A stretch of DNA of 64,000 nucleotides, taken from the NCBI GenBank assembly GCA_017654855.1, contig CM030335.1, positions 1,922,001 to 1,986,000 on the forward strand. The letters run 5' to 3'. This DNA is from Podospora anserina (Eukaryota). Shown piece after piece: positions 23,901 to 35,560 of the stretch. Under the pieces are notes generated by a model. The model ran no database searches. It had not been told where the DNA came from and worked only from the letters and a program-made list of their open reading frames with translations. Each line of letters opens with the position of its first letter. The first letter of the stretch is position 1. The position numbers and the translations under genes were made by a program.

Positions 23901-26900
23901 TGCGAAGGTGTTCGTGAGGGTGGTGGTTGCAGCGCAGGCGTTCCGCCTGTCCGATAGGAATACCGCATGGAGAGAGAGAACACCCGAGGGCAACAGTAGT
24001 CAAGTCTCGGCGGTGCACACGATCGATATCGATCAAATGTCGTTGGTTTGAAGAGTGTTGCCGAATGCCAGAAGTGACATATCAGGAACTCGAGGGACAA
24101 TGCGTCCTCGTGATTTTAACCGTGCGGCCGGGCGATGTACCGCGAGTGACTGACGAACCCGGCAAATGAGGGCAGCCAGATGGCGGCGCTGAGTGATGGA
24201 TGGTAGGACAAAGTCAAAACTACCTGCCGGGTCTTGGGCCCGTGGCGTTGGGTCGCAAAGGAAACCGAATATTTCCGCTGCCCGGATCTTGATATGGCCG
24301 CCATTTTGCTGCCGGGCCTTGTTGAGAAAAGAGAGCGCTGACAGTACGACACAGTCAGGGTCAGGTGCAGCAGCCGAAAGCCATATTGGCTCCTATTTCG
24401 GCTGCTTAGAGCTGGCGGTCTGACACCGCAACTCCCGCCGAAGCCGTTGGTTGGTGGAAAGGTGAAGACAGAGAACAGGAACAGGACCTGATGGCTTCTG
24501 TTGTCTCGCAGACATCCATCATCCATGCCATGCCCTGCCCTGCCCTGCCGGTGTCTCTGAAAAGAAACGTGGGGGTGTCTGTGTAGAGACAGAAGAGGGG
24601 GAGGGATGGATGAAAAGACTTGGTTGCCGATCTTGGGGCCGTTTATCCTTTCCACGGACAGTAAATAGAGGCCGTCATGATGTGTCTGTAGTGTATATGT
24701 CGAGTGCCTGATGACCGGCTGCAGAAGGCCATCTTTGGATGGGCTAATGAAGCAAGGCAGTGAGTCGCCAGCAGATGGCTAAGCCGGTTGGGGCAAAGAG
24801 AGAGAAGTGAGTGGTCGAGGTGGTGGTAATGATGGATGGCTGTGACTGCAAATGCAATAGGATGAAATAGGATGGATGGATGTGATGGCATCAAATTTGA
24901 GAAGTGTTTTCTGCTGGAGGAATGAATGGATGCTTGGGACTGTGTGAATTGGCAGTAATTGGTGTGGGTGGCCTAAAAAAAAATTCTGCTGCAGCTGCCC
25001 TGTGCGCTACTGGACGTCAACGACCGCTAGGGCCGATTCGAGGACCGGGGGTTTTTCCAGCAGTGGGGTCTCCACTCTCTTCAGCAGTGGGCCGCATGCC
25101 CTGGCCCGCATCGCCGACCAAAACAACCTGGCAGCAGAAGAGGTTCACACTTGCTGGTTAGTAGGTGGTTAGGTAACGACACCACAAGAAGCCACTTTTG
25201 TGCTCTCTCCTGTCCGAAGTCCCATGCACTTGGCGGTCTCATATTCCAGCGACGATCCCGATAGCCGTGGGCTATTGCGGCCGAGAGCTGGCGGGCAACA
25301 TTCAAATCGCCATGACACGTTGTATGTGGTCAGAGACTCGTTTCTTACCTGCCTCTGAGACAAGGGCGATCATCGCGGCTCGGCGGATAGAGGCTGGCAA
25401 TTACCTATGGATATCAAGTCTGCATTCTGCCTCTAATACTCCGTAATCGTCCATCATTCAGCGTGCCGGCGGAAACGGAGAGCTCAAGCGCCCTCGCTAG
25501 CCGGGTCTGCTGCTTGCCAAGATGGTCTGAGGAGGCTCGCCAGGGCAGACGTTCCGCGGGGCATCATCTCGCACGAATGGTGCCCCGGGGGCTCTCGTGA
25601 GGCTGTACGCACCGCAGACTGGAAGAATAGGCTTATGTCGGCTGGCTGGCGCGGGATGTCGAAGGCCCAAATTGGGTGCGGCCGTGGGACAGCGAACATC
25701 GCAGCAGACATGGCCCAACACAAGCGATTTCGGTAGTCTCAGCAGCTTTCTCGAGCCGTACACTCTCTCAGAGCATGGCAGAAGAGAAATGTCCGTAAAG
25801 CGGCCGGCCGGCCTGTCGTGGCCTCTTGCGCATTGGCCGTACAGATATTGCAGATTATCTGCCGTTGTTGAGTTTCGGCTGTCGGCGGTGTAAGTGGAAG
25901 CACCGGCTATGCCATGTATAAGTAAAGCAGCACGTGTATGTCGTCCCCAACAAGAAGCTGCCTAGGAACTGCATGCAGAGGGCATGGACGATACGGAAGT
26001 GACAGCTCAGAGAGCGTCTTCTAGGTAGTAAGCCACAGAGTCTTTGTCATTTGAAGTCAAGTGAAGTGAAGTGAGATGAGGTGTGAGTGGATGCCCGTTT
26101 CTTGCTCGGTGTGGTGGTGGAGTGTGTACTGCGGTAGTCTGGTTGTTGCTGTGCTAGCCCTGCAATATCGGTCGAACCCTCGCAAGGGTTTTTGGAGAGA
26201 AGCGCGTCATGGTCAACGCCGCATCGGACGCTAGTGATGGAAGAAGCGAACCCCTCCACGGCCGTCCTGGGGGGGCGGCTCGGGTGGGAACAGGGCAGTG
26301 GTTGGGGATAGAGATATCAGCGAGGAGGGATGGAGAGTGTGAGCGAGAGCAAGAGACCGAGAGTGTAGCAGCCGAAAGGAGTCCAGTTAGTTTCTCATAA
26401 GGTAGTAGGTAATTACATATTCCATTTTTTGCGGCAGGCTAGGTCGAAATTGACCGGGGCCTGCCTTTTCTGTTTTCCCTTTGATTGGGGCTTTTACCCA
26501 TATCCTCGAGAAGCGCCGGCGTGGGGAATGCGACACCCCACTCTGCTGCTGGAGCTGACGTCGCAGAGCTTCCCGTGGATGCCACTGCGATGCCACTTGC
26601 GCCCGTGAGCCCGTCCAAAGATGCGCGCCGAGCTTTTTATGTTGGAGGGCTTTGGAGAGAAGAAGCCGTGATCGCGGGAGGAACTCGGTCGTTCACAGCC
26701 GATCCGCCCCCCAGGCCGCGGATCTAACAGCCAAATGGAGATGGAGATGCTCACCCCTTGTTGTCGCAGAAGTAGGCAGAGACGGCAGTCTGGCCGTGAA
26801 CCCTCCGGCAACTGCACATTCGGGCGCTGCTCGGCGCAAAAGAGGTCGTGTGCAATTCCCAGAAAACCAGAGTACCGCCGGGGGAGGCCGATGGGGCCGA

Positions 26901-28525
26901 TGTCAGGAATTTGCAGACTCTCTCCATGACTCTGCGAGAATTGAAGAGGGAGGTCACTGGGGTCTGTACGTACATACCGGTGGTGGATGGGCAAAGGAAA
27001 AGAGGCTGGGGGACTCTCGTTGGGATCCAACCAACCAAGACCCCAAGACTCTTGTGCTCTGCTCCGACCTGTGACGTGCGATGGAGGATGAACCGTGGAG
27101 TGGATGCAAAGTACCTGATCGAGAAATCGAGTACGGCCCCTCTCCAGGCTGAACGAGCTTCCCAGAGTAGAACAGCGCCAAACCAGGGCACCTCAGGCAC
27201 ATCAAGGTGGAAGGTTACAAGAACTTCCTTACTTGATGAATAACACTTCTCGCTGGCCCAGTGAGGAAGGTCGTCTCGTCTGAGAATAGATCAGAACGAG
27301 GGCAAGGAAGAAGGAAATTCGAGGATCAAGTCGACTAACGTAACTGATAGACTGAGGTCAGCATAACCGGGCAAGCTGCTGGCCAGTGGAATCAAGGACG
27401 ATTACCTGATGCTAAATTCCATTATTGACTAGGACACCCAGAGGACAATCCTATCACGCCGCCCACGTCCACGCCCCCAGGCTCTGCCCCCCCTCTCCGC
27501 AACCACCCGCACGTTGCAACCCTCACGTTGCTGGGGCCCCTGCTCCCCAACTTTGCTGATGCTTCTTCGACAGGCATGTGCAGCAGACCCAGCTAATTCC
27601 CATTCAGGCCATCCCGCGACCCGTCTTTCGCCTACCAAGAGACGCATATGAGACTTTGCACTTGTCCCTCCAAGTACCTCTCTGCATGTACGAAAAAGTA
27701 CTTTGTAGCAGCCACTGCGGCCTGTCAATCGTCACCTCTGGGCACGCTGGGTTCAGGGCAGGAAACAAGTCTGGCGTTCATCCCCCCTCCATCCATCCAC
27801 ACATCCGGCGAGGGGGGAAAATGGAATGGTGAGTCCCACATGGGCCATGGGAAGTGTGGACTGTGTGTACTAGTTGACGGGCTTTGCCTTGGGCCTTGGG
27901 TATTCCAACAACCCACGCCAGCCGCGGCCGAACAACCAAAGCACATTAAAGGAGCCCACCCCCTTCGAGGTGCTGCTCCGGATCTTGCTCTCAGACGGCT
28001 TTGGTTTCGTATTGCCTCTGCACCGCTTCACAAGCTGTCCAGTCCGACTTCCTGTTTCTGCCCTCGGTAGACAAGAGACCTGTCCATCGTCCATTGTTGC
28101 GCCCCGTCAGCCGCCGACGCCCGCTGCATTTCCGTCCATCACCTTACTCAGACCGCCGGCATTACGTTTGCCCTGGACCTTGGGACCTGGATATACCGGA
28201 TACCGAGCTGTTGTTCTTTTTTTTTTCTCTGTGCTGCTGTTGCTGCACGTCATGCTGGAGCCCGCAGCTAGCCAGCCCATAGCAAAGCTAAGCTAGCTGA
28301 GACCCGTCACTTTACCTCACCTTGGGACGCCCTGACGCCGACCGTGTCCGAAGCTGAAGCTGTCAGAGGAAAAAAAGAGTTTGTTGGATTCGCAGATTCG
28401 GTTGTTGGATTCTGGGTTACCGTTACGGAGTGAGGTTCAAATCCAAAAGGTACTTAACCTTGTCCTGTCTCGTTCCGACAAAGTCATCCCGTCCCGGTCT
28501 CTGCCCTGAAAGGAACCCCACCCCT

Positions 28526-28567
28526 TGCCCTCTGCCCTCTGCCCTCTACCCTGTGCCCTCTGCCCTC
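28526..28567. repeat. Heptamer tandem repeat (TGCCCTC) x6, one copy degenerate
   Basis: Visible ~600 bp upstream of the copper-fist gene ATG. Confidence 0.85.
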
Positions 28568-29151
28568 TGCTCTGCAGCCCAATTTTGAGCCACCACCGAG
28601 GCTTTGCAAGCTAGGTACACCTGGATATTCACACACACTTACACGGCCTCAGCTTCCAGTGGCGCCTCCAGCTGTTCTCTCAACGAACCGGCTCCACCCA
28701 GCCCACATAAATTTATTTCATTCCCTGGTCTCTGGGATCCTCTCAACCCTCCCTCGACCCCTCGACCGAGTCGCCTTGCCCAAAATCGACTCGGAGTCTT
28801 CGGCATCTTCCTCAGATGTTTACATATGAACCCAGCATGCCCCGAGCGATGAGTCTCTAACTCGAGTACACAGCAACAACCACCATTCACCAACCACCAA
28901 CCACCAACAGTCGACCTCGCTACTCGCTTGCTCCAGCCCGCCTTCCCAAGCGCACCGCAGCAACAGCTTCCGTGCAGCTCCTGGATTGGCCATATCGCTC
29001 CGGATCACGGACCGTCAGCTCCTCCTCCCCCAACTGACCTGCTTCATACCTGTCTCCTAGTACAGCACCGAACTGCCGGCTGCACCTGGGCTGGACTGGA
29101 CTTCGAACTCCCAAGGATCACATCAAACATCAGATAGATCAGATCACCACC

Positions 29152-30827
29152 ATGATCATCGACGGCGAGAAGTGGGCTTGCGAAGCCTGCGTGCGGGGCC
29201 ATCGGGTCAGCAACTGCCAGCATCACGGTGAGTCAATTTTGCCTTGTTTCTTTTTCCTGTTCTTCTTTCGACGTCGGTGCAGATGCTATCTGCTGCTGCT
29301 CTGCATGCACATGCACAACTACGTATTGTACTGCTTGGCTGAGCCCGGTTGCTGCCGAGGGTCACCGGAACATCTCGCAACAACGGAAGCTTGGATGGTA
29401 GCCCCTGAGCGGTGGTTGGGGGGCGGTTGCCCCTCACCTACTCCAACTTTCCAAACACCCGTCCCTCATCTCATCTCCAACAGCCCAGTTGCTAACGGCT
29501 AGCTGTGCGACAACAGAGCGCCCACTCCAGCACATCAACAAGAAGGGCCGGCCGGTGTCGCAATGCCAGCACTGCCGGGCCATGCGCAAGTCCCGCTCAT
29601 CCCATGTCAAGTGCGACTGCGGCGAGAAGACACACAAGTGTATTCACTTGAGACCGGTGGTGGAGGGTCACAAGGGTGAGCATTGTCACGTCTGACTGAT
29701 CCAGGCCTTTGCTCCCTCTGACTCGTATCATCTTTCCTACAGAGAGCTGCTGCTGTAACCATGGCGGCCGCTGCACCTGCTGCCACAAGAAGGAGCCTGG
29801 GCTCGAGACCGTCCCCGAGTCGGATTCGGACAGCGCTGCTGCCGCGCAGAACAAGATCTCCAAGCTGAGCTCGCGAGTTCGTCGCCGCGCCAACACCACC
29901 AGCTCGGACGGCATGCTTGCCTTTGAAGTCAACGGCCACCCCAAACCGACGTACAAGCACAACAAGGTCTCGCAGAAATGCGGCCCCTACCAGCTCAGCA
30001 GGGTCAACTCGATGCACAGCACGGGAAGCTTGGGCGACCATTCGTTGGACGGCTTCCTTGGAGATGTCGAAGGTTGTGGCACCGCGTCCGCGACCGGAAG
30101 CATCAGCGGCGACAGCATGCCGCCATCGCAGCACAGCCGGTCGGAAGCTGCCTCCCCCCTGATGACAGGCTCGCAGTCTTTTGCCCAGCTTCCGCCGCTT
30201 GACCTTTCGCAGATCAGCAAGTATCAGCCATACGTCGCCAACCACGCCGAGTTCTTTGGCAACATGTCGGACCACGAGCAGCCTATTTTCAGCGCCGGCT
30301 TGAGTGCGGCCTCGGTCGACTGGAACAACTATGAGGGCTTGGAGTTTGCCCGCGAAAACAACCACGATTTCGCCCCCTCTAGCTACAGCCAACCACAAAG
30401 CTACGGTGGATTTGACTTCGGTGGGTCGGAGCAGCTCACCATGACGACGACCACGTCCAACTCGGGCGAGGTTTCCGAGGTCGAGGACTTCTTCACCAAC
30501 CCGTTGGATGACTTTGAGACTTTCCGAAGCCCTTTCCCCACGGGTGGATTTCTCGGGCACACCCACAGCATGATGGGCAGTGCGGATCTCGGCAGTGTCG
30601 AGTTTGACGAACTAGGCTTCATGAAGAAGACTAGCGCCAAGTTTATGAACGCCACCTCGTCCATGGCCGGAGATGACCCGACCCTGCTGGCCGGCGCCGC
30701 TTCGGGCTTCGGTGGCTTCGCGCTCGAGGACGACGCCTTTTGGATGAACGACTACCACGGACTTCCCAACATGACGGACTCCCCCACAGAGAACAACCTC
30801 GGGCCTTTCTGGGCGGAGGCCCAATGA
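29152..30827 (+). CDS. Copper-fist transcription factor, Ace1/AceA-like
   Basis: Exons 29152-29227, 29517-29675, 29743-30827 (439 aa). Copper-fist sequence MIIDGEKWACEACVRGHRVSNCQHH-ERPLQHINKKGRPVSQCQHCR..KCDCG, then CCCNHGGRCTCC and an acidic activation-like C-terminus. Introns are canonical. Confidence 0.93.
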
Positions 30828-33800
30828 CAAACGAGTGACGCATACGCATACGCACACGAATAAGCACACGCACTCGGACTTTCAGTACACGACGACGACT
30901 TTTCGGTTAGATGACGACGAAACGTTGCGACGGATTTCTTGCCTTGCTCGGATACCCCAAACGCTTATAGATTTGGCAGGGAGCGATGGTTTCAACGCGG
31001 CGGCGAATTTTGTGTTTCGAGAATTTCCTTTTGCATGTCGGGCTCTTTTATATCGGTTTTCACACATACTCTATACTCTCGTTGAATGGGGGCGGCTCTG
31101 GAAGTCTTGTTCTTTCACGGCAGGCGCTGGTGGGATTTTCTTGTTTTCTTGTTTGGGCATGAAAGAAACACAAAAGATGACATGAATGCATTTCTCTGGC
31201 AGGATCATGATCTACAAGGTGCAAATACTTTTTTTTTTCTTTTTCTCTTCTACCCGCTCTTTGGCTTTTGGTTTTTATTCGGGCTGTTTTTCTCCCTGGT
31301 GGTGGTTGGTGGTTTTTTGACAGCACAAGTTGCATTTTCAAACTGGTTTTTGGTTGGGTGTTTTTGACATGGCATTTAAAAGAGACGATAAAAAAGTTCT
31401 TGGTGGCAGGCACAATTTGCTTTTTACATTTTACATTGAAGACTTGGAGGGCTGTCAATTTTGTGCCTTTTTTTTTTTTGGTTTCAACGTTGGAAATACC
31501 TGTCTGTGAGGACTTCATTACGCGCATCATCAAGTTGTTTTTACTTCACTTCTCGAGTATATATTTGAAACAAGACCTTTTTGGCTATTCGACTCTCTGT
31601 TCATATTTTGCCTTGTCTTTTCTTGTGCATATTACTTTGGATACCCATCAATGCCCGTCCTATTTTGTCACAAACGAGCAAGCGAATCGGCCGGCGTCTT
31701 TTGCGTTTCTCACAAATAGTTTCCAGGGTTCCCAAGTGCCAGCCTCCTCCGATACTATATCAAAGCCAAGCCCGGCAGGTCTGATAGTCTGGAACATGGC
31801 ATGAGATTTAGGTCATGGTTTGCCCAACTAACCTGGGCAGAGATAGCCAACATGCCCTGTCCTGGGAGAGAATACGGGAGAAGGAAAGAGTTGCTTTGAC
31901 GTGGTCAACGGCCTCGCGTCAACTGTGTAATGCCAAGTGGTAGTTACGTTTTACGACACACAGCTCCTTTGCCCGGGGTTCACAGGCAAGTAAGTATCTG
32001 GCCGTCTTGGTCGTATTACATGACACATCTGTCCAAAGATCCAGCATTCCTATACCTACCTCCCCATTGCCGCGCTTTCCCCGTCGCCGTTATTGTTTCA
32101 CCGGCCCGTCTTCGATCTTGTTGTTGCTCCAGGGGCTGAAGAATGGAGAAAACCCTTAAACCCTCGGTCGACATTCCCTGTCGATCGCGATCAGATAAGA
32201 GACCTGAAGGCGGTTCTGCGGAACCCCAAAGCCCGAAGGGACGAAAGCGAGGAAGGGAAACCCTTTCCTCGGCCCGAACATCCTTCTACCCTTTCCCTTG
32301 ACAAAATCCATCCCCCCCTCCCCTCCCCTGCCTCCCACTTTCCGGACGGTGGAAAAAAAAAAGAAAAAAAGAAAAAAAGAAACCGATCCACAACAACCGA
32401 TACGATAGCTCAGGTACACTTGCATCTTGCATTTGCATAAGTGCCATTTTTTTCCCCTCTTGTTCGGCGCGCGACGATGCACGCATGAAGGATTCAAACA
32501 ACCGATGGCTGATATTGGCACCGTGACATACATACAGCAAGAGAAGATACATACATGATGAGCCGCCGTTGCCGAACACAACATCGCCAAAATCAAAAAA
32601 AAAATTTCAAAAAAGCAGAAATATAATCCTCTTGGACAAAAAATCCACACTTACCTCAACTCGCCTGTCTGGCTATCAAACAACACAACCCAAGCCAATC
32701 CCTCCCACAAAGCGGAGTCAACATGGTCAACACCACCCCCTTCGAATCGACAAATGTCGTTGCCATCTTGAACATTTTCGTAGCGCACCCGCCTCCCCTT
32801 CCACGTGCCCGCTCTCGTCATCGACTGGGGGGGGAGGGGAAGAGAAGCCAAGATTTCGATGGTGTGCCGAATCCACTCTTTCCGTAGCCGCCCCCGCCCC
32901 CTCCGTTGCAGTCAAAGCCGGCGGCGGCGGCGGGCGGCGCATTGCATTGCCCGAGCCCTCTCCGAAAGGGCACCCTCACAAACAAACAAGATAAAGCCAT
33001 TCCATTTGCCTACAAGTGTAGCCTCTGGATGATCGCCGACCAGTTTAATATCCCGTTCGCTAGTCGCGCCTTGGTTAGACACCGGGAAGGAAACATCGTG
33101 TCATGGTCCGATACAACAAACAGTCCCGCCCTGGCCGGGCCTCCGGCCTTTGCCAAAAAAGAAAAGGAACAAAGACAGAGAAAAAGGGGCAGGACCCTGA
33201 ATTCATGACTTCGCCACTTTTGATAAACTACTGGATCGTGATCTGAGGTTTTGTTCAGCCTTGGCGCCGAGATCCACAATATTCCAGTGGGAGGAGGAAG
33301 AACTCCGGGTCAAGACCGAGATCACAGAACCAACCGGGTGAATGTAGTTCCAACCCTAACCCTTATATCTACTTTCTTTTTCACAGAGAAAAGGGATAAT
33401 TAAGTGGGGCGTAGGGGGTGTTGATGGATAGTGTCATGATAAGTTATACTCTGCGGCAGATCTGGGGATCAGCATGACTGCTGGTGCTTATATTAAGGGA
33501 GGGGGGGAGAGAGTCCCTAACCCCTAGCCACAGGCAGCCACAACAACAACAACAACAACAACAACAAAGCCACCCTCTAGGTAGGTTGCCCCTGAGTCGA
33601 AGTTGGGCTGGCTTTATAAAGCAGATAAGAAACAAGCGGTTGAAAGTAGAAGACAGTTTAAAGACTTTCACCCCTGACATGTGAATTGAAGCTGAGACCG
33701 TCCAGTGATCACCCAAGGGCACCTACATTGTGTTCATTCGCTTTGCATCATCATCACAATATCTCCGAGTCGAAGTGACGAGGTTGTCCTGCCCTGGATC

Positions 33801-34017
33801 AATAGTAAAGATATCGGCGACGAACACACACGCGCGGCGAAAGATGGTTGATTTGTCAAGAGAACAGAGCTATCATCTAAGTACCTAGATAACCTCCCCA
33901 GCTTTCTGCCTCCTAAACACCCTAACTATCATCAACAACAACAAAGAGCTGCGTAACTGCGAAGCTCAACAACCCCTTGATGATCACCCATCTTCCAAAA
34001 GGCTACATCTCCCCCGC

Positions 34018-34255
34018 TTAAGCCTTCTTATTCTTCCTCCTAGCCCTCTCCTTACTCTCCTCATACGGATCAGGGTTCGGCTCCGGGTTCGGATCCAAAG
34101 GCTATATCTTGCAGTCATCGCAGATATCTTGAACATGCACATCCTGATGGCCTCCGTTTCGACCAAAGCAGCCTCTGCCAAAGTTTGCGCAGTTGTCCAA
34201 CTGGCGGAAGGCGCGGCGGCCGCAGGGTAAATAGTGAGTTGTATTGGATGCACAG
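34018..34255 (-). pseudogene. Intronless degenerate paralog of the Cys-rich microprotein at 35082-35360
   Basis: Reads (CTG)CIQYNSLFT[+1 C]CGRRAFRQLDNCANFGRGCFGRNGGHQDVHVQDICDDCKI*PLDPNPEPNPDPYEESKERARRKNKKA*. It is collinear with the intact copy. Lesions: CTG in place of ATG, a 1-nt insertion near 34225-34227, and a premature TAG at 34104-34102. Confidence 0.85.
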
Positions 34256-34312
34256 TGTAGCTCCTGGGTAGTGAGTGTATTCACTTGAAATGTTTTGTTG
34301 CTTTTTTGCAGT

Positions 34313-34315
<3 letters not shown>

Positions 34316-34353
<38 letters not shown>
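34316..34353. repeat. (GT)n microsatellite
   Basis: Directly visible, 19 copies, just upstream of the pseudogene. Confidence 0.97.
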
Positions 34354-34354
<1 letters not shown>

Positions 34355-35081
34355 TGCGGCGGTAGTGATATCAAGACATCTCACCTCTTGGAGAGGAAAT
34401 GATACCCGTTATATATTTATTCTTCATCTCCACCACCAGCTGGTGTCGTGATAGTAAAGTCTTTCAACGTAAAGATCTTTCACCAACTGTGTCAAGTCTT
34501 GCTAACCACCTCCGTATGATCATATTTCGGACTCGGCATCACCATCATTCTGGCTTAGTTGGTTTAGTTGAAGAAACAGAGGGATGGTTTGTATGATCTC
34601 GTCCAACAACAAACGACCCTCACTGAAAGCAACTCGAGGCAAGTAGTGTTGGTGGTTGGGAATCTCGAATGCAAGCCACAAGTCACCCTGTGAGCAAACA
34701 AGTCAGCAGAACGCACCAAAAAAAATGGGGGAGTGTAACGCCGAGGAATGCCAGGTATGGTCTCTTGGGAAGAGCTAGCAGATGATGGACACAACCAAAG
34801 TCACGGCGGATAAGTCGACAAGGCGGACAGTACCTAGTTGGCAAGAGCTTCTCATTATAATTCTCGCCTGTCTCCAAAGACAAATTGAACCACCCCTTAT
34901 ATCATCATCATCATCATAACACCATGTGCTCACTTATTTACCTAACCCATCATATTAGCAAGCCTTCGGTCTTGTGAAGAGTGAGGATCACCTACGATAT
35001 GTATGCATCCCACTATGTACCCTCATATACCCCAACGCCAGGCAACAATAACTCGCTACAAACATGCCAACAGCGGCATGT

Positions 35082-35360
35082 TCACCTGATCTTTCTCTTC
35101 TTCCTGTACGGGTCGTTCGACACGGCCTGCGGGTTGGGATCAAGTGGTCGAAGTTTGCTAACAAGAAATTATTTGTCAACCGCCATCACAAGTGCTCGCT
35201 TGCTTGGGATAGCCTACCAGTCACTGCATGTATCTTGCACATACACATCTTGATGTGTTCCGTTTTGACCAAAACAACCACGACCAAACTTGGGACAGTT
35301 GTCGAACTTGGCAAAGGCCCGGTGGCCGCAGGTAAACACCCAGTCAGATTGCACACACAT
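35082..35360 (-). CDS. Small Cys/His-rich protein (72 aa), putative metal-binding, basic C-terminus
   Basis: Exons 35360-35218 and 35157-35082, intron 35217-35158 (GTAGGC..TTGAC..TAG, 60 nt). Product MCVQSDWVFTCGHRAFAKFDNCPKFGRGCFGQNGTHQDVYVQDTCSDCKLRPLDPNPQAVSNDPYRKKRKIR. The splice junction is independently supported by the intronless paralog (DCK..PLDPNP). Confidence 0.85.
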
Positions 35361-35552
35361 TTATGGCTATTTTCTGGGGTTGGCTGTGTTGAAGGCGAAG
35401 GGATATGTAACTGTTGCCTCAGTGGTGGTGCTCGGAGTAAGAGCGGAGTAGGAGATGTGACCGAGAGTCGTCGGCTAGCTGTCTTTGGATGAGCAAAGTG
35501 TGCTGCGGACTATGGAGTGATGATGGCGACCAGCTTCAAAGTTGGTGACAGG

Positions 35553-35560
35553 TATTTATA
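35553..35560 (-). promoter_or_regulatory. Candidate TATA box (TATAAATA) of the microprotein gene
   Basis: Consensus TATAAATA on the minus strand, ~195 bp upstream of the ATG at 35360. Confidence 0.5.

Noticed and set aside
33351-33363. CAACCCTAACCCT, resembling a telomere repeat or telomerase RNA template
   Set aside because: Only about two units, expected by chance. The downstream 2 kb overlaps the microprotein loci, and I could not identify pseudoknot or other telomerase RNA elements.
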